Shown one piece after another: positions 1 through 11,458 of a stretch of DNA of 46,005 nt. The notes under the pieces are model-generated. The model was not told the origin of the DNA, did not search any database, and saw only the letters and a list, made by a program, of their open reading frames with translations. Source of the stretch: Klebsormidium nitens (taxonomy: Eukaryota > Plantae > Klebsormidiophyceae). Positions within the stretch are counted from its first letter, which is position 1. Each line of letters starts with the position of its first letter. The DNA lies in assembly GCA_000708835.1 (NCBI GenBank), contig DF237608.1, positions 1 to 46,005 of the forward strand, in the 5' to 3' direction. The position numbers were made by a program, and so were the translations under genes.

Positions 1-339
1 GACATCGTAACCACATCTCCGCACAAAAGTAGCCGACAATCAGATATATCCTCTTCAAATGGATGACTAGAACTCGAACACACGCACACAAGACACCAAG
101 TTCTTCCCTCTGACATCTCGACGTAGGAGATGCGAATGCCATGGAGAGACAGAAAGATATACCTTCTCTCGAGTTTGACCTAATCTGCTGCAAGCCTACT
201 TGCATAGATTTGCCGCCAGACTCGGGCCTCTTAATCAACGAACAGGTCCACTTGTATGTTTGCCATCAGCATCATACTTTGAACAAACCCATGGTCCATT
301 CTGGTCCAGCCAATACCTCAACTCCTTCTCCTTGCTCAC

Positions 340-558
340 CTTGACGAACTTGAACCCTGGAGGGCCATTGTGCAGCCCAGGCCCCACGGGCTTCGACGAG
401 AGGCTCTTGGTCACTCTGTTGTACTGCAGCCCCACCTCCGTGGAGCTGATCTTGTGGAACGAGATGGAAAGCAGCACGATGCCCGTGATCACTGCCGCGA
501 GGAAAACGCAGAAAGTAGTGGTACCCGCGCACGCGGCCGCGGGGTTGGGCTGCGCCAT
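340..558 (-). CDS. SPFH/band-7 membrane protein A, first coding exon only; the gene continues off the left edge
   Basis: ATG at 558 is preceded by a pyrimidine-tract acceptor (TTTTTGTTCCAG, AG at 570-569), implying an upstream exon. The 73 codons MAQPNPAAAC..FCVFLAAVITGIVLLSISFHKISSTEVGLQYNRVTKSL..GLHNGPPGFKFVK give one N-terminal TM helix followed by the SPFH start pattern (S-F..E-x-GL..G-x-H..P..F). Donor AAG|GTGAGC at 339. No second exon recognised in 1-339. Confidence 0.8.
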
Positions 559-2062
559 TCTCGAGCGGCTGGAACAAAAAGCTGTGAACAAGGAGTGATC
601 TGAGAGAGTTGTGAACTCTGTTTGAGAGTTGTCGCAGATCGCCCTAGTGAGAGACTTGGATGCGCTGGGTTGATTGTCGGAGAGTCAGTCGGTGTTGCTA
701 GCGCTGAAGTGCACGGCGAGATAAGATGCTCAGGCTTCTTCTTTTCGTTGGAGGATAATGTGCTAGTTTTGCTCTGAGCATGCTTCGCATCTGCAGATGC
801 AAGGCGCACTTTATCACGATTCTTAGGTAAGACTGCTCTGAGGAAGACGATACACCCTTGTATGCTGTGCTGCAACTTAGCCTACTCAGCTACAGCGCGA
901 TTCTTCGATGCGCCTTCCAGGAAGGCTTCCTGCCTCGTGCAGTGGTTAAGTTGTCAAATATGTACGCACAGCAGCCCTGATACCCAAGAGGCAAGCTTTT
1001 GTTCACGCAACCCTCCTCGGAAAGGCTGCGGCACGCAGAGGAATCTGCCAGCCAAGCAGCCGCTGATGATCAACGATCGCAGGATTGGACGGCTCAGATC
1101 TGTAGAGTCGACCTCTGCTCTGGCGGTTGCGCTCGTGCAGGCAACATGACGCCATCGAGCCTGAGAATCTTGAACAAGCTCGCGTTCGGGATCCCTCACG
1201 GACTGTCGAAAGCGGCTGAAGGTCGAAGCCTGCTGACGCGGTTCGACGATGAGCAATTGATTCCGTCAGAGCATCCATCAAGTCAGATGACCCAGTGCAG
1301 ACAAGCGCTTGTGCGCTCCAGATGTGATCCTCCCCTATTTTGGTACAAAATATGCAGGAATTTCTGCGACTCTGCAGTAAAACAGTCAACTTCCTGAGCT
1401 GATGCTGCACGGCTGGAACCCTTGAACCTGGTTGCAAGACTGAGAGGAGCTCATCACATTCGTAGATTGTAAGTTCCGCAATTCTTGACTTCAGTGCACT
1501 GCGCCTTTCAATCAACCAAGTCTTACAGGAGAGACGCCAAGCGCTTCCGCTAGCACGAAGGCAATCCTCAAGCGCATCCTACTTTGCTCCCAAGCAGCTA
1601 TCATAAACGCTCATCTCCTTTCACCGAACAGAAGCTGAGAGCCTGAGCAGAAGAGTCCTCTGGCTGCTCAGATGGCAGGGCCTCCGACTGGGACCGATGG
1701 CAGAGGTGAGAAGGCAGGGAGCATTCAGATGTGATGCGCTGGGGCAAACTTGTTCAGGGGTTTGTTCAGTCCTCGTTAGTTTAACTTCCGGTTGAAAGAA
1801 ATCTACAGCATTCTTTGAAATTCACTTTGAGAGGCGTCCTCAAAGTGAATTTCAGAATTTCTCCTGGACTGCTGGAAGAAGCGATTAAGCCTTTGGTAGT
1901 TTGACCTGCATCTCCTTACAAGCACAGAGTTCCAGATTCGGTTTGTGCACCTTGCTCAAGCTCACGTATGCAAGCCTTGGATTGCTGGTCAAATCCTTCA
2001 GAGCAACTTTTGGACATGAATACCGCACTCTCTCTGGTCCCTGTACCTTTTCGAAACAAGGG

Positions 2063-2102
2063 TGCATAGGGAGGTAATCGAAATCCAATGCATAGGGAGG
2101 TA
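2063..2102. repeat. 14-bp direct repeat TGCATAGGGAGGTA x2 (26-bp spacing)
   Basis: Identical copies at 2063-2076 and 2089-2102, in the spacer between the two SPFH genes. Confidence 0.85.
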
Positions 2103-2911
2103 TCCAATTTCCAGAGTCCTCCCTTCTTCTGATCTGCACAACGTTGGTCTGCAAGCAAAAGCATCCACATGCCTTTTCGTATGGGGAGTCTGCAATACAC
2201 TCGTTCGCTCAAGGCTTTCTAAACAGTATGAATCTCTTGGAGTCTGACGGTGCTGGTAGATTGCCTGCAGATGTGGAAGCCGGACGAGGGGACGCGTTCC
2301 GTGACTTTAGTGCGTGCGAGAATGCAGGGGCATGCTGTGCTTTCGTAAGTCTTCCTCGTTTTCTTCCCGGATTCCCCCCAGCATCAGACTAGCTCTGAGC
2401 TCCTGCAGATTCAGTCCTCCAGAAGATTAGAGTCTGGCACGTTCATGAAAGCGACCCGAGGGCGTGATCTCCTGATGTTGAAGAAGGAAGCAAGTACTGA
2501 TTTCGCCTGTCAAATACCATGCTGAAAGATTTTCAGCACGAAGACTTTTGAGTTTTCTCGAGGTTTGGGTTGAACATCGCACCAAAAGCTTCAGAGTTTT
2601 GGCACCGAGCGACTTTGCGAACCGCACTGAACAAGCTCAGGCTTGGCAAAATCTTCCACCCCTGTCGAGTCCGAGCTGGCCAGAGACTGATAGTCGAGAT
2701 CCGGTTCTGATCAATTCTTCAGATCCACTGAGATGGTTGATTCCTCAGAAAAATCACATAAGCTGTTCCAGCTTCGCAACAGGAGAGGAAACGAGTCTTG
2801 GTCAAGGTACCCTTTTCCTGGTCAAGACACCTTTTTACTATTCAAACCTACGTTCTTTGAAGCTTGAGAGGTTGCAACTTTGACTTTCCAAATTATGTAA
2901 ACGCTAAACTG

Positions 2912-4438
2912 ATGACGTCAAGTGCTTTGCTCTCTCTGCAGACGGGGATTCCGCTGTTCGTGATCGGCTGCCTGCTCATGGTTATCCTGCTTCCGCTGAG
3001 CTTCGTCACTCTGGACTATACTGAATACGGCCTCGTGCAAAGGCGCTCCACCGGAAAGGTCTACCTGAACAAACCCGTCTACTACGGCGGGTGAGAGATC
3101 TGGCTTCTTACGATCCTTTTTTCGAGAGGATCGCTTTGTGTACAAGTTTCCAGAAGGCTTTTCTGTTTGTTTGGGACAGTCGAGAGCGTCATCTTTTCGG
3201 CTCTCCATTTGCTCGTTCCGAGAGTTCTTTGCAATCTCCGACAAGATCTGCCGTGCTCACGACGCGTCCCGTTTGTTCAGTCACCATTGCTTGTCTCATG
3301 GACCAATCTCTCGGTCACCTGTTCACTGTCTTGTCAGAACGTTCTAGGAGCGTGTCCGTTCCCGCTTCCGCTCTCGTGCAGGTGCCTTTCTGTAGTAGCT
3401 TCCCAAACCGTCGGCTATCTGGTCTCCGAGCGTTTTGCTTTCGTTTCCTCTCCAGGTGCCAACTTTTCCGAATGCATCTCTATCCTTCTCCTGAAGTTTC
3501 ACAAAGGATCTTCGAACGTTTCCCTTTTGAATCTATCTTCTGGCCGTAATTCTGCTTTCGCTCCAATCGAGTTTTTCGGTTTCAGCACACGACCTCCTCT
3601 CTTCTCCAGCCTTTCCACTTTTTTCCGTTCCATCCACCGTTCCAATCTCTTCGTTAACCGTTCCAAGAGCGCTTCCTAACCATTCCGTTTCCGTTCCGCC
3701 AGGCGCCACTTCCTGGGCCCGGACATCAAATTCCGGAAGTTCCCCGCGGACGCCCAGTTCATCCAGCTGCTGCAAATCGACGCCGTGTCCGCGGACAAGC
3801 TGGACACCATCATCGACGTCGAATTCGCCTTCTTCCTGGTTCGCAACGAGGTCGTCGCTCTCAAAATAGAACTGGACCAAAGCTACGAGCAAGTGATTCG
3901 CAACACGGCCCTCGCGGCAATCAAAAACACGGCGGTCACGTTCAACACCGCGGACTACTTTCTCAACCGGACGCTCATCGAGGCCAGCTTCTTCAAGGCG
4001 GTTAGCGGCGCGGTTAGGCCGTACCACGCGGTGGTTCCGTTCATCTTCATGTCCGGGGTCACGATTCCGGCGCAGGTCAGCGGAAAGCAGCTGGCGACCG
4101 CGATCCAGCTGCAGAGCAACCAGCAGCAGATCTACGCGAGCCAGGCCGCGGTTATCCGGGCAACGACTAACCAGCTCGTTAACCAGATCGCGAACAACGC
4201 GACGTTCCTGATCCAAGCCGCGAGCGCGCAAGCCGCGCAGATCGTGCAGAACGCGCAGACGAACGCGACGAACACGGTCCAGGAGGCGCGCCGCTCGGGT
4301 TTGGCGTACTACTACTCCACGGTTAACATAACCCTGCCGAAGCACAAGGCGTCGCTGGACTACATCACGACTCTGCAGCAGGCGGCGGGGGCTGCGCAGC
4401 TTCACATCGGTTATCAAACCAAGATCGTGACCACGTAA
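2912..4438 (+). CDS. SPFH/band-7 membrane protein B, 304 aa, join(2912..3090,3703..4438)
   Basis: Exon 1: MTSSALLSLQTGIPLFVIGCLLMVILLPLSFVTLDYTEYGLVQRRSTGKVYLNKPVYYG. Donor GG|GTGAGA, branch-like CTAAC at 3676-3680, acceptor CAG at 3702. The phase-2 join gives GRHFLGPDIKFRKFP..SADKLDTIIDVEFAFFL..YEQVIRNTALAAIKN..FNTADYFLNR, then an Ala/Gln-rich coiled coil. CDS is 915 nt (multiple of 3) ending TAA. Confidence 0.9.
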
Positions 4439-4950
4439 CCAGGAGGTCCTGGGATTGCGTAGGGTGTACGTGTGATTGTACAGTGACCGTTGGGATCAAT
4501 CAAGTTGAGAAGTACTTTTGTAACGTGAAGGCGCGAAAATCACGGTGCGAGGCAATCAAACAGGACTTGAGATCGGTCTTGGCAGCTCGTGACAACATTC
4601 TTATTGCCTGGAGCTAATATATTGCTGTCAAGACAGCGTCCTGAACTTGTAGATTGAGCACACTCTGACCGTGTCGTTATACAGTCTGCACGCAAATTGT
4701 GATCCGACATCGATCTATGCGTTTGCCAAGTTCATTGAGTTGATGTATGATTCCGGCCGCCCTTCACGAATCATTTGCAGTGCTTGATTACTACATCAAT
4801 ACTTGGTTGGTGTTCACATATGCTCCATGCAAGTTCAGTGAGGCAAGAATTTGTTCGTACGATTGGTTGGACTCAATGTGGGGACGTTTTCCACTGTGGC
4901 CGCCCGCGGCACAGGCTATTATAGGAGGGCCCTCAGTTGGCACGCCGCGC

Positions 4951-5146
4951 TCTTAAAGAGGGCGTGGCGATACGACAAATCGCAGCCACAACAAGAGGGA
5001 GAATGCTGGTGAATGGTCGCTAAGATGATACCACGTGGTTCTCGGCTGTCGGATGTCATTTCCTGGCGACAATCGACCTTATACTCAGGGCTATAGGTCG
5101 CTCTTTGACGTCAGAGCGGACGCGTCCGCCAACGCCCTCTTTAAGA
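4951..5146. mobile_element. MITE-like non-autonomous element, copy 1 (about 20-bp terminal inverted repeats)
   Basis: Left TCTTAAAGAGGGCGTGGCG (4951-4969). Right CGCCAACGCCCTCTTTAAGA (5127-5146), whose reverse complement is TCTTAAAGAGGGCGTTGGCG (one 1-nt indel). TTAA lies near both ends. No coding capacity. A related copy is at 10926-11104. Confidence 0.55.
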
Positions 5147-5848
5147 CGGTCGTACATACCGCAATAGCATGGCCGGGCCGCGACTTCAGTTTTCAATGCC
5201 AGCAGGTTGAACTGACCGTCTCACGGCATGCACGCACTGCGACAGCGGTGCATGAGTATTCTTGCAGGTCAAAAGCGCGACGGCGGCCATATCATGCATG
5301 CGTTAATTTCAGCGATCCTTCGCAATCTTTCTGTTGGGCGGCCGCCGGCCGGCCGGATTTCCGCGCGCCACCAGCCGTGCAGCTGAACCTCGGCTTGTAT
5401 GAAGGCGAAGTGCCTATAGTCACTGGTTCATTGTCACGCGAGAAGGACAGATTCGAAGCACCGTCCGTATCATGCAGAAAAGATCTAGCTGGCTTATAGT
5501 CGTCACGCAACACGTGCACACTTGACAGTAACCATCTCGTCAACAGTCGTTGAATGATGGATCATGCGCATTTGATTCAATGATGACAAACGCATGATTT
5601 ATGCATCAGGTGCATTAGTATGTGCGCGGCCGAGGCCACTAAGCAAACACAAGGGATGTTCGTCTCTATCTTTAAATCAGCTTGCATGAGTCCACAGTGG
5701 GCTAGAATAACTTACTTACAAAACAACTTACTCAATCTGAGCTCAATAATAACTCGTGCGATTGATGCAGACTCTAACCTTTTACCAGGAGAAACCAAAA
5801 CCTGGCCATCAAACTCTGCGTCTCCAAACATTCAGTGCTCATAAGAGC

Positions 5849-7692
5849 TCAGAAGACTGACTGCGCGTACACATATACGATCCTGACAACAGGAAGGATG
5901 TACATCACGGCAATGAGGAGATACGCTGGACCTGTGTACCGCCCGATATCTCGGCCGTACCTATGGGCCTGGTAGCGGCGCCCGTACTGGTATCTACAAA
6001 GCACCCACAGCAGCCCTAGGATCCCTGTAAAAACAAGCGTCTCTGCTTCAGCGGTCAGCTCTTGTACGACTTACGTTGAACATCGGAAATCGAGATGCAG
6101 AGAGTTTGGCTGTACAGCTCTCATGCCAATTCAACGAAGATAATCCGCAAAGCATATTGAAAAAGCATAGCCACGAAACCTCAATGCTGAGTGCTTTTTC
6201 AAACTCGAAACGATGATAAGAGCAGACTGCAACGGTGTCATCGGATCCTAGCCACTTTATCGTTTCTAGGGAGGCCGCAACTTTAGACATGCCAATTCTA
6301 GCGGCAACAAGTGGGCACCCTAAGGGGCGCTGGACCCCTGTTTTGTGACATAGAACTCGTAGTTGACTGCGCATTTACAATAAAGAACGTGACAAGCAAG
6401 ACGGTAGAAGAGTCGGGGACTTTCCACTGCTCCGGGATGGGCCTGGTGCACGCTTGCCGCTTAGGCACAGAAAGCTGGCAACGTACAAAATCTGCAAAGT
6501 CTCACTTAAAGCATACACACAGATAATTGTGCGACACTGACAGGCGGAGTAAAGCTGCAGGAACCATCAACCGAAGCAATGGAAAGAAAGGAACCCATGT
6601 GCAGAAGGCAGATGAAAGCACTGAGAGCTGCTGAATCGAAAGAGAAGTGGCGAATCCTGCATCCCCAACGAGAGCCTTTCTACCATGATCTTTCTCCATC
6701 AACCTATTGTCAGTGGACATGTTTGGATTCCACGAATCAACATAAGTCTCTTGAACCTCACCCGCCAAATTGCCGTTGATGAAGATTGCACACAAAAACA
6801 TGCTCATCAGGAATGGGATGTACTGCTCTAGCTGGTTCTCATACACTCTCACGCAGCGATCAAAGTCAGGGTGGCCTGACATGGCTGGGGGAAAGATCTT
6901 GTGCTTCCTGCAAGAGTTCAAATTGATGCTACAACAGTCAGCATCCAGTGGGAAGTTTCCAAAGCTCATATCAGCAGGTCAAGCGGAGGTTGTAGAAATG
7001 CGGCTTTGTTTGGTGCTCATCTGGCCTGGCCTGGCATTGACAAGTTTTTGGATCCTTTGGAGTTTATGCGACGCGGCACGCAAGCACAACAAATTGTTAT
7101 GATGATTGCTGGAGCCGCCTGCGCTGACTGTTTTGACATGCGTGCCAAGTCAACAGCTTATTGGACAATCTGAATGATGTGAGCATCTTCAACTGTCTAG
7201 TTGCATATACTGATGCAGTATGTCCGGGAAGAAGGAAGGAAAAGGTGAATATGAATCAGGACCATGGAAGCAAAAGCGATGGACCCCTGCTTTGTCTGAA
7301 CCAGTTCTGGCGACAATCTGGCAACTATATTCAAATTGTCTGCTTCCCAACAGTGCAATGAGCACAACCGCAATATATGGCACCGATCTCCAAATTTATG
7401 ACATACAATTCGAAATCTTTGTTGACCACAGGGATCTCTTGGCTCGCATTCTGAAGCGTGCCGCAAAGTAACTCAATAATGCATCCTGGCTCCCGTTGAA
7501 GCTGGAGTGGATTCTGACGGTACAGAACTTCGCTAGAAGGGAGACTTACACTCGTGCCATCAAAAGGTCGACCATAAACTTGACATAAAGCAGGTGCGCC
7601 AAAAATGCAACCAGCGTTGGAGCAGCCAGGTTTGCCAGGAATGGGGTAAAGTCTTGAACCGAAAGCAGCGCATCTTGGACGCTGGCCGCCAT
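5849..7692 (-). CDS. MAPEG-family membrane protein (MGST2/LTC4S-like microsomal glutathione transferase), 154 aa, complement(join(5849..6024,6762..6907,7550..7692))
   Basis: Spliced product: MAASVQ..APTLVAFLAHLLYVKFMVDLLMARVKHKIFPPAMSGHPDFDRCVRVYENQLEQYIPFLMSMFLCAIFINGNLAGILGLLWVLCRYQYGRRYQAHRYGRDIGRYTGPAYLLIAVMYILPVVRIVYVYAQSVF. It has four hydrophobic segments and the MAPEG PP..G.P.F.R..R...N..E motif. Donors GTAAGT (7549) and GTGAGG (6761), CAG acceptors, phases 2 and 1 consistent, 465 nt. Confidence 0.9.
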
Positions 7693-8627
7693 TACTGTCA
7701 TATCGCTTTGTCAGACGCAAACCTAATCTAGACTGCACCTTCGCCTAAATGGATGCAGAATTTACGCCCGGGAGCACGTAAAAGTATTGGAGTCAGGTTT
7801 CGAGCTGAAGCTCGGAATGAAGGTTGGCGGTCGTTGGAAGCAAGCTCCACACAACAAGTGTTTCAACACGGATGCTTGCGCAAGCTACACACAAAGCGTC
7901 AGTTTGCAAAGTGAGGGCAAAAATTCTTGCGAAGCGGCTGGAAAGGGAAGAATGCAGATCACCCTTCGAACCAATGCATGCCAGGTCTAAGCAGGGCGCA
8001 CAATCTATGATTCTGCACAAGCCCCCCTTCCGTCTTCCGCCTCCTCTTCCGTCTATGGCAATCTTGATTCTGGACTAAAGTTTCTGGTGCCGCCAGAACC
8101 TGGTGCTTTAGCCTTTAGGCTTTACGGTACCGTAGCTTGCAAGTTGTGAAATTGTTGCTTCAGCCTCAGGCTGAAGTTCAGTGGGGCTGCATTGCCATCA
8201 GACTCTGCTGGCTGACTCCTGCATGAGCCTGGCCCGATGTTGACAGGGTGTCAGAGGAAGTGTCAAACTGGTGACATCAGGATGGTCCCCCAACTTCCAG
8301 AAGTTCATGGCAGAACGAAGCATGCTTACGTCGGCAACGGGCACGTTACCTTGCCTAATCATATATGATTTTCGATCGTGGACGGTCGATAGATTTGTCC
8401 TTTCTCCAGAACAACGAACTAGATTCTGCAGGATATGTCATGCATGCACAGATAAAGAATCATCCATTACCGTGCACTTTTCGCACCCTCAAAGTTGCAC
8501 AGGCATTACCGTATTTGCACGAGCATCACGATACAGGAGCGCTAGATCTACCCAACATCAGATGCGAATGTGCCTTCCACCAGGCAGATTACTGGGATTC
8601 AAAACTACATAGGCTGTTCATTGCATC

Positions 8628-10187
8628 ATGTCTAGCCCTCAGCAGCCGGTTCATAAGAGGAGGACGACAGGGGAGGAGGACGACGACGACATCGATCCAA
8701 TGGTAGATCAGCAGGGGTGCGGGAAAGTTTACGCCAAGTTGGAGGTACATGGGAACCAAGTTTTTGCAGACAATGCTGCATTTATTGATGACCATTTTGT
8801 TTTTGGTCTGCGTGAGCCAGCTGGCATTGCGATCAGCCGCCGGCAGCCTTAGGTTGTGAGGACATCTGTATCATCAACCATTGAACTTCTTTTTCCTCTG
8901 CATTTTAAGGGTTTGTGAAGAAGTGCTTTCAATCCAGGCCGCTATCAATCTGAATCATGCTCAAATGAATCAATCGAGCCGCAACAGCAGATACATATTG
9001 CTGCTGTGGGGGCTTTTAGGGAGACCAGGGCGAATCCATTGGCAAGGGGATTGAAGTACACAAAGCAAGAATTCGCATATGTTTTCTGAATTCGCATATG
9101 TTTTCTGGAAGTATCTCAAAGATCACCATCTGAGCTGCCAAAGAATCATAGCAACACCTTTCTTCTTAGTAACGTCGATCACATTGAAGTACATTCCCCA
9201 TATAGAGAAGTCTCCTTGGGTTCTCATTCGATTTCGCAACACCCCTCAGAATCTTCCAGGAGTCCGCCCAATCCTCCCCTCTCCATTGAGCGCATGGTAC
9301 ATGGATCTAAGAACAACATGGAAGGATTCTCGGCAACAGATGCAATTGTCCTTTAGTTGTCTCAGTATTTGCCACGTCCTCTCAGCAGAAGGTGATGGCA
9401 AGCTGATGCCCCTTCCTGCAGGAGTGTTTAGCTGAGCACGACAGAGACTGGCGGCAATGTCAAAAAGGTGAGATCCGAGGACTCCGCCTGGTGTAGTCTT
9501 CATTAGCAAATGTGCAGGCTTTACCAGGGACCGTTTGGGAATATTGCGCTTCTCACTGACTTGCTTTAGCCTTTTGGGCCCTTGACAGGAGGTCCTGAGA
9601 GTCACGAACTATGAATCGAAATGACTGGTAGGGTGTCCCCAGGCAAGGGCGCTTTTGTGCACTAAATAAGCGCTGCTGAAGGCGCTGCTGGTCAATCTCG
9701 CAGTCTTTGTTGTTGTCCGCTGTCCTCTGTCTGCAGTCTCAGTCTGACAACGCGTCTGATATCGAGCAGTTTGGCCAAATACTATCTCAAGCCGAAATTC
9801 TGGCCGTTTGGGCACTTTGAATGAAGCACCTGGTATCAGATGGCTTCCTCCACTTAGGCAGCCCACAGCAGTCCTCATTTCGTCCTAGCTTTCGAGCTTG
9901 TTCTCCAATATCGTGGCGAAACAAACCTTTCTAAGCTCTGATTCCAGCCGCCAACTTACACCTATAAAAAGCTTTTCAGGGCACGGGCTCGGTTCCAGGG
10001 ATCCATTGAGCAAGCTTCCATCATGTCCAGACGGTCAGCCTTACAAGACACGTTACCGGTTCAGTATTCTTCTCTGAGGGATACATTTGCAATGTCTACA
10101 GAGGTGATGGCGCTGAGGGAGTGCTACGCTTCAGCTACTGCGTCGGCAGCAAAGAAGCCGGCGAAAGGGTCTTCCAAGGGGGGGTGA
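8628..10187 (+). CDS. COA4: Twin CX9C (CHCH) mitochondrial intermembrane-space protein, COA4/CMC3-like, 82 aa, join(8628..8744,9422..9467,10102..10187)
   Basis: Spliced product: MSSPQQ..EEDDDDIDPMVDQQGCGKVYAKLEECLAEHDRDWRQCQKEVMALRECYASA..GG. It has C-x9-C-x10-C-x9-C, with the acidic stretch, GC and DWRQC typical of COA4. Canonical GT/AG sites, phases 0 and 1 consistent. The orthology call is from motif memory only. Confidence 0.85.
9069..9107. repeat. Perfect 19-bp tandem duplication GAATTCGCATATGTTTTCT x2 in COA4-like intron 1
   Basis: Units at 9069-9087 and 9088-9106 are identical. Confidence 0.9.
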
Positions 10188-10925
10188 AGCATGAGTAGAC
10201 ACGAGGACCCCCCGAAACGGGGGTTGAATCCGTTCGCCGAGCCGCGCCCGTCATCCAGAGAAGAGCTGGTATCATTCTATGCGCAAGCGCGGGCAGCTCT
10301 TGACAGACTGACAGCATCTCGCCGTCAACGTCTTACCCGCGAGTGAGACCGTCACGACCTCAGACCGTCCTGCGTGCAGCAAGCTGTTCCTGCTTTCGTG
10401 CGATGATCCACCTTCCGTTGTACGGATTGGTGAGACAAGCGAGCGCTCCGTCAACTTTACTCAAAGGTTCTTCTCATCTCCTTCAAAACGGTGGCATCCG
10501 CACAGGACACCGTTAGTTGAGGCTGTACATGAGGGCTTTCAGTGAGACGGCTTAGTCTTTCGGGCTTGAGTAGGTTGTCAGCTCATAAGAAGGACAACCG
10601 GAAGCAGTCTGACGGCCCAGACTCTTCGGGCCTGGTGTCCTCAGTAAAAAAATGGGGCCTCGCGTCAACATGCACGACTATCAAGTCAACAGTTTGATCA
10701 AAACTTGAAAGCCCGCGGGAGCTGGAGTGGTAACATATGATGCGGTCTGGTGATCCAAAGCAATCAGTCAACTTGCATACTGCAAATGATCACGGAGATT
10801 CGATTGCCAACTGGCGGCAATTCTCAATATCATATATTGGGCACACGCATGCAGCTAGAGAGCTTGTCTTCATCATGTGTTGAATCGAACCTGCAGGCCG
10901 TTGGTATAGCTGGCATGTACTAAAC

Positions 10926-11104
10926 TTGAAGTGGGCGTCTTGAAACCCGGAACGCCTGACGTCACTGGCATATAGCGACATTGAAGCATGCAAGGCTTTC
11001 TGGTGTTTCGTCGCCAAGAAGTTGGTATCAGAGTTTATGCCCCGAGCACTATAGGCCCTGCTAAAAGTGGCCGGTTGATGACGTTGTTTAGACGCCCTCT
11101 TTAA
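10926..11104. mobile_element. MITE-like element, degenerate copy 2 (same TIR family as 4951-5146)
   Basis: Left TTGAAGTGGGCGTCT, right AGACGCCCTCTTTAA (13/15 complementary). It shares internal words with the reverse complement of copy 1 (CTGACGTCA, AGCGAC, GTCGCCA.GAA, TGGTATCA, CTATAG(G)CCCTG), partly in different order. Confidence 0.4.
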
Positions 11105-11458
11105 CGTAGCATGCGATCGAGCTAGTCCAATGTCGTGCAAATTTGGACGCCAATGCATATGGCAAGCATGGTCGACGGGTAGTAATCTCAGACGATCGTC
11201 AGGCTTGGATTACTCTGGTATCTGGCATTTCGGCGAGAAGCTAGAGCTAGCTTTCAAGCCATGCGCCTCAATCAATGCAATTACGTACCGTACGTCAGGG
11301 CCAACCTAATCCGACCAATCTGATTCGTGTGTTCGCTCGATCTCCCCGGACTCATGCTGGCAGCGGCCTGGCAAACAATGACGGTAACTTCCAATTTTGC
11401 AACGATCGATGTAAGGCCGCCCACCATCATTTAGCTCACTGTCAATTGCTAAACATTT

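Noticed and set aside
600-2900. ORFs between the two SPFH genes (e.g. 1003-1515, 999-1397, 1885-2154)
   Set aside because: No recognisable domain or consistent splice model. The region is probably UTR introns, promoter and decayed repeats.
3533-4417. Long antisense ORFs (3533-4417, 37392-38015, 38028-38564, 31652-31951)
   Set aside because: These are shadows of GC3-rich sense exons with no independent motifs.
5035-5499. 154-aa ORF in the SPFH-B/MAPEG gap
   Set aside because: GTG start, overlaps the MITE-like element, no motifs and no splice context.
7189-7383. ORF PYIAVVLIALLGSRQFEYSCQIVART as the first MAPEG exon
   Set aside because: It looks like TM1 but has no ATG and no phase-2 donor. 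Exon 7550-7692 has an ATG, a GTAAGT donor and the correct phase, so this ORF lies in intron 1.
10207-10224. ACCCCCCGAAACGGGGGT hairpin after the COA4-like stop as a terminator
   Set aside because: This is a eukaryotic Pol II context. It is a 6-bp stem with no U-tract, of no evident significance.
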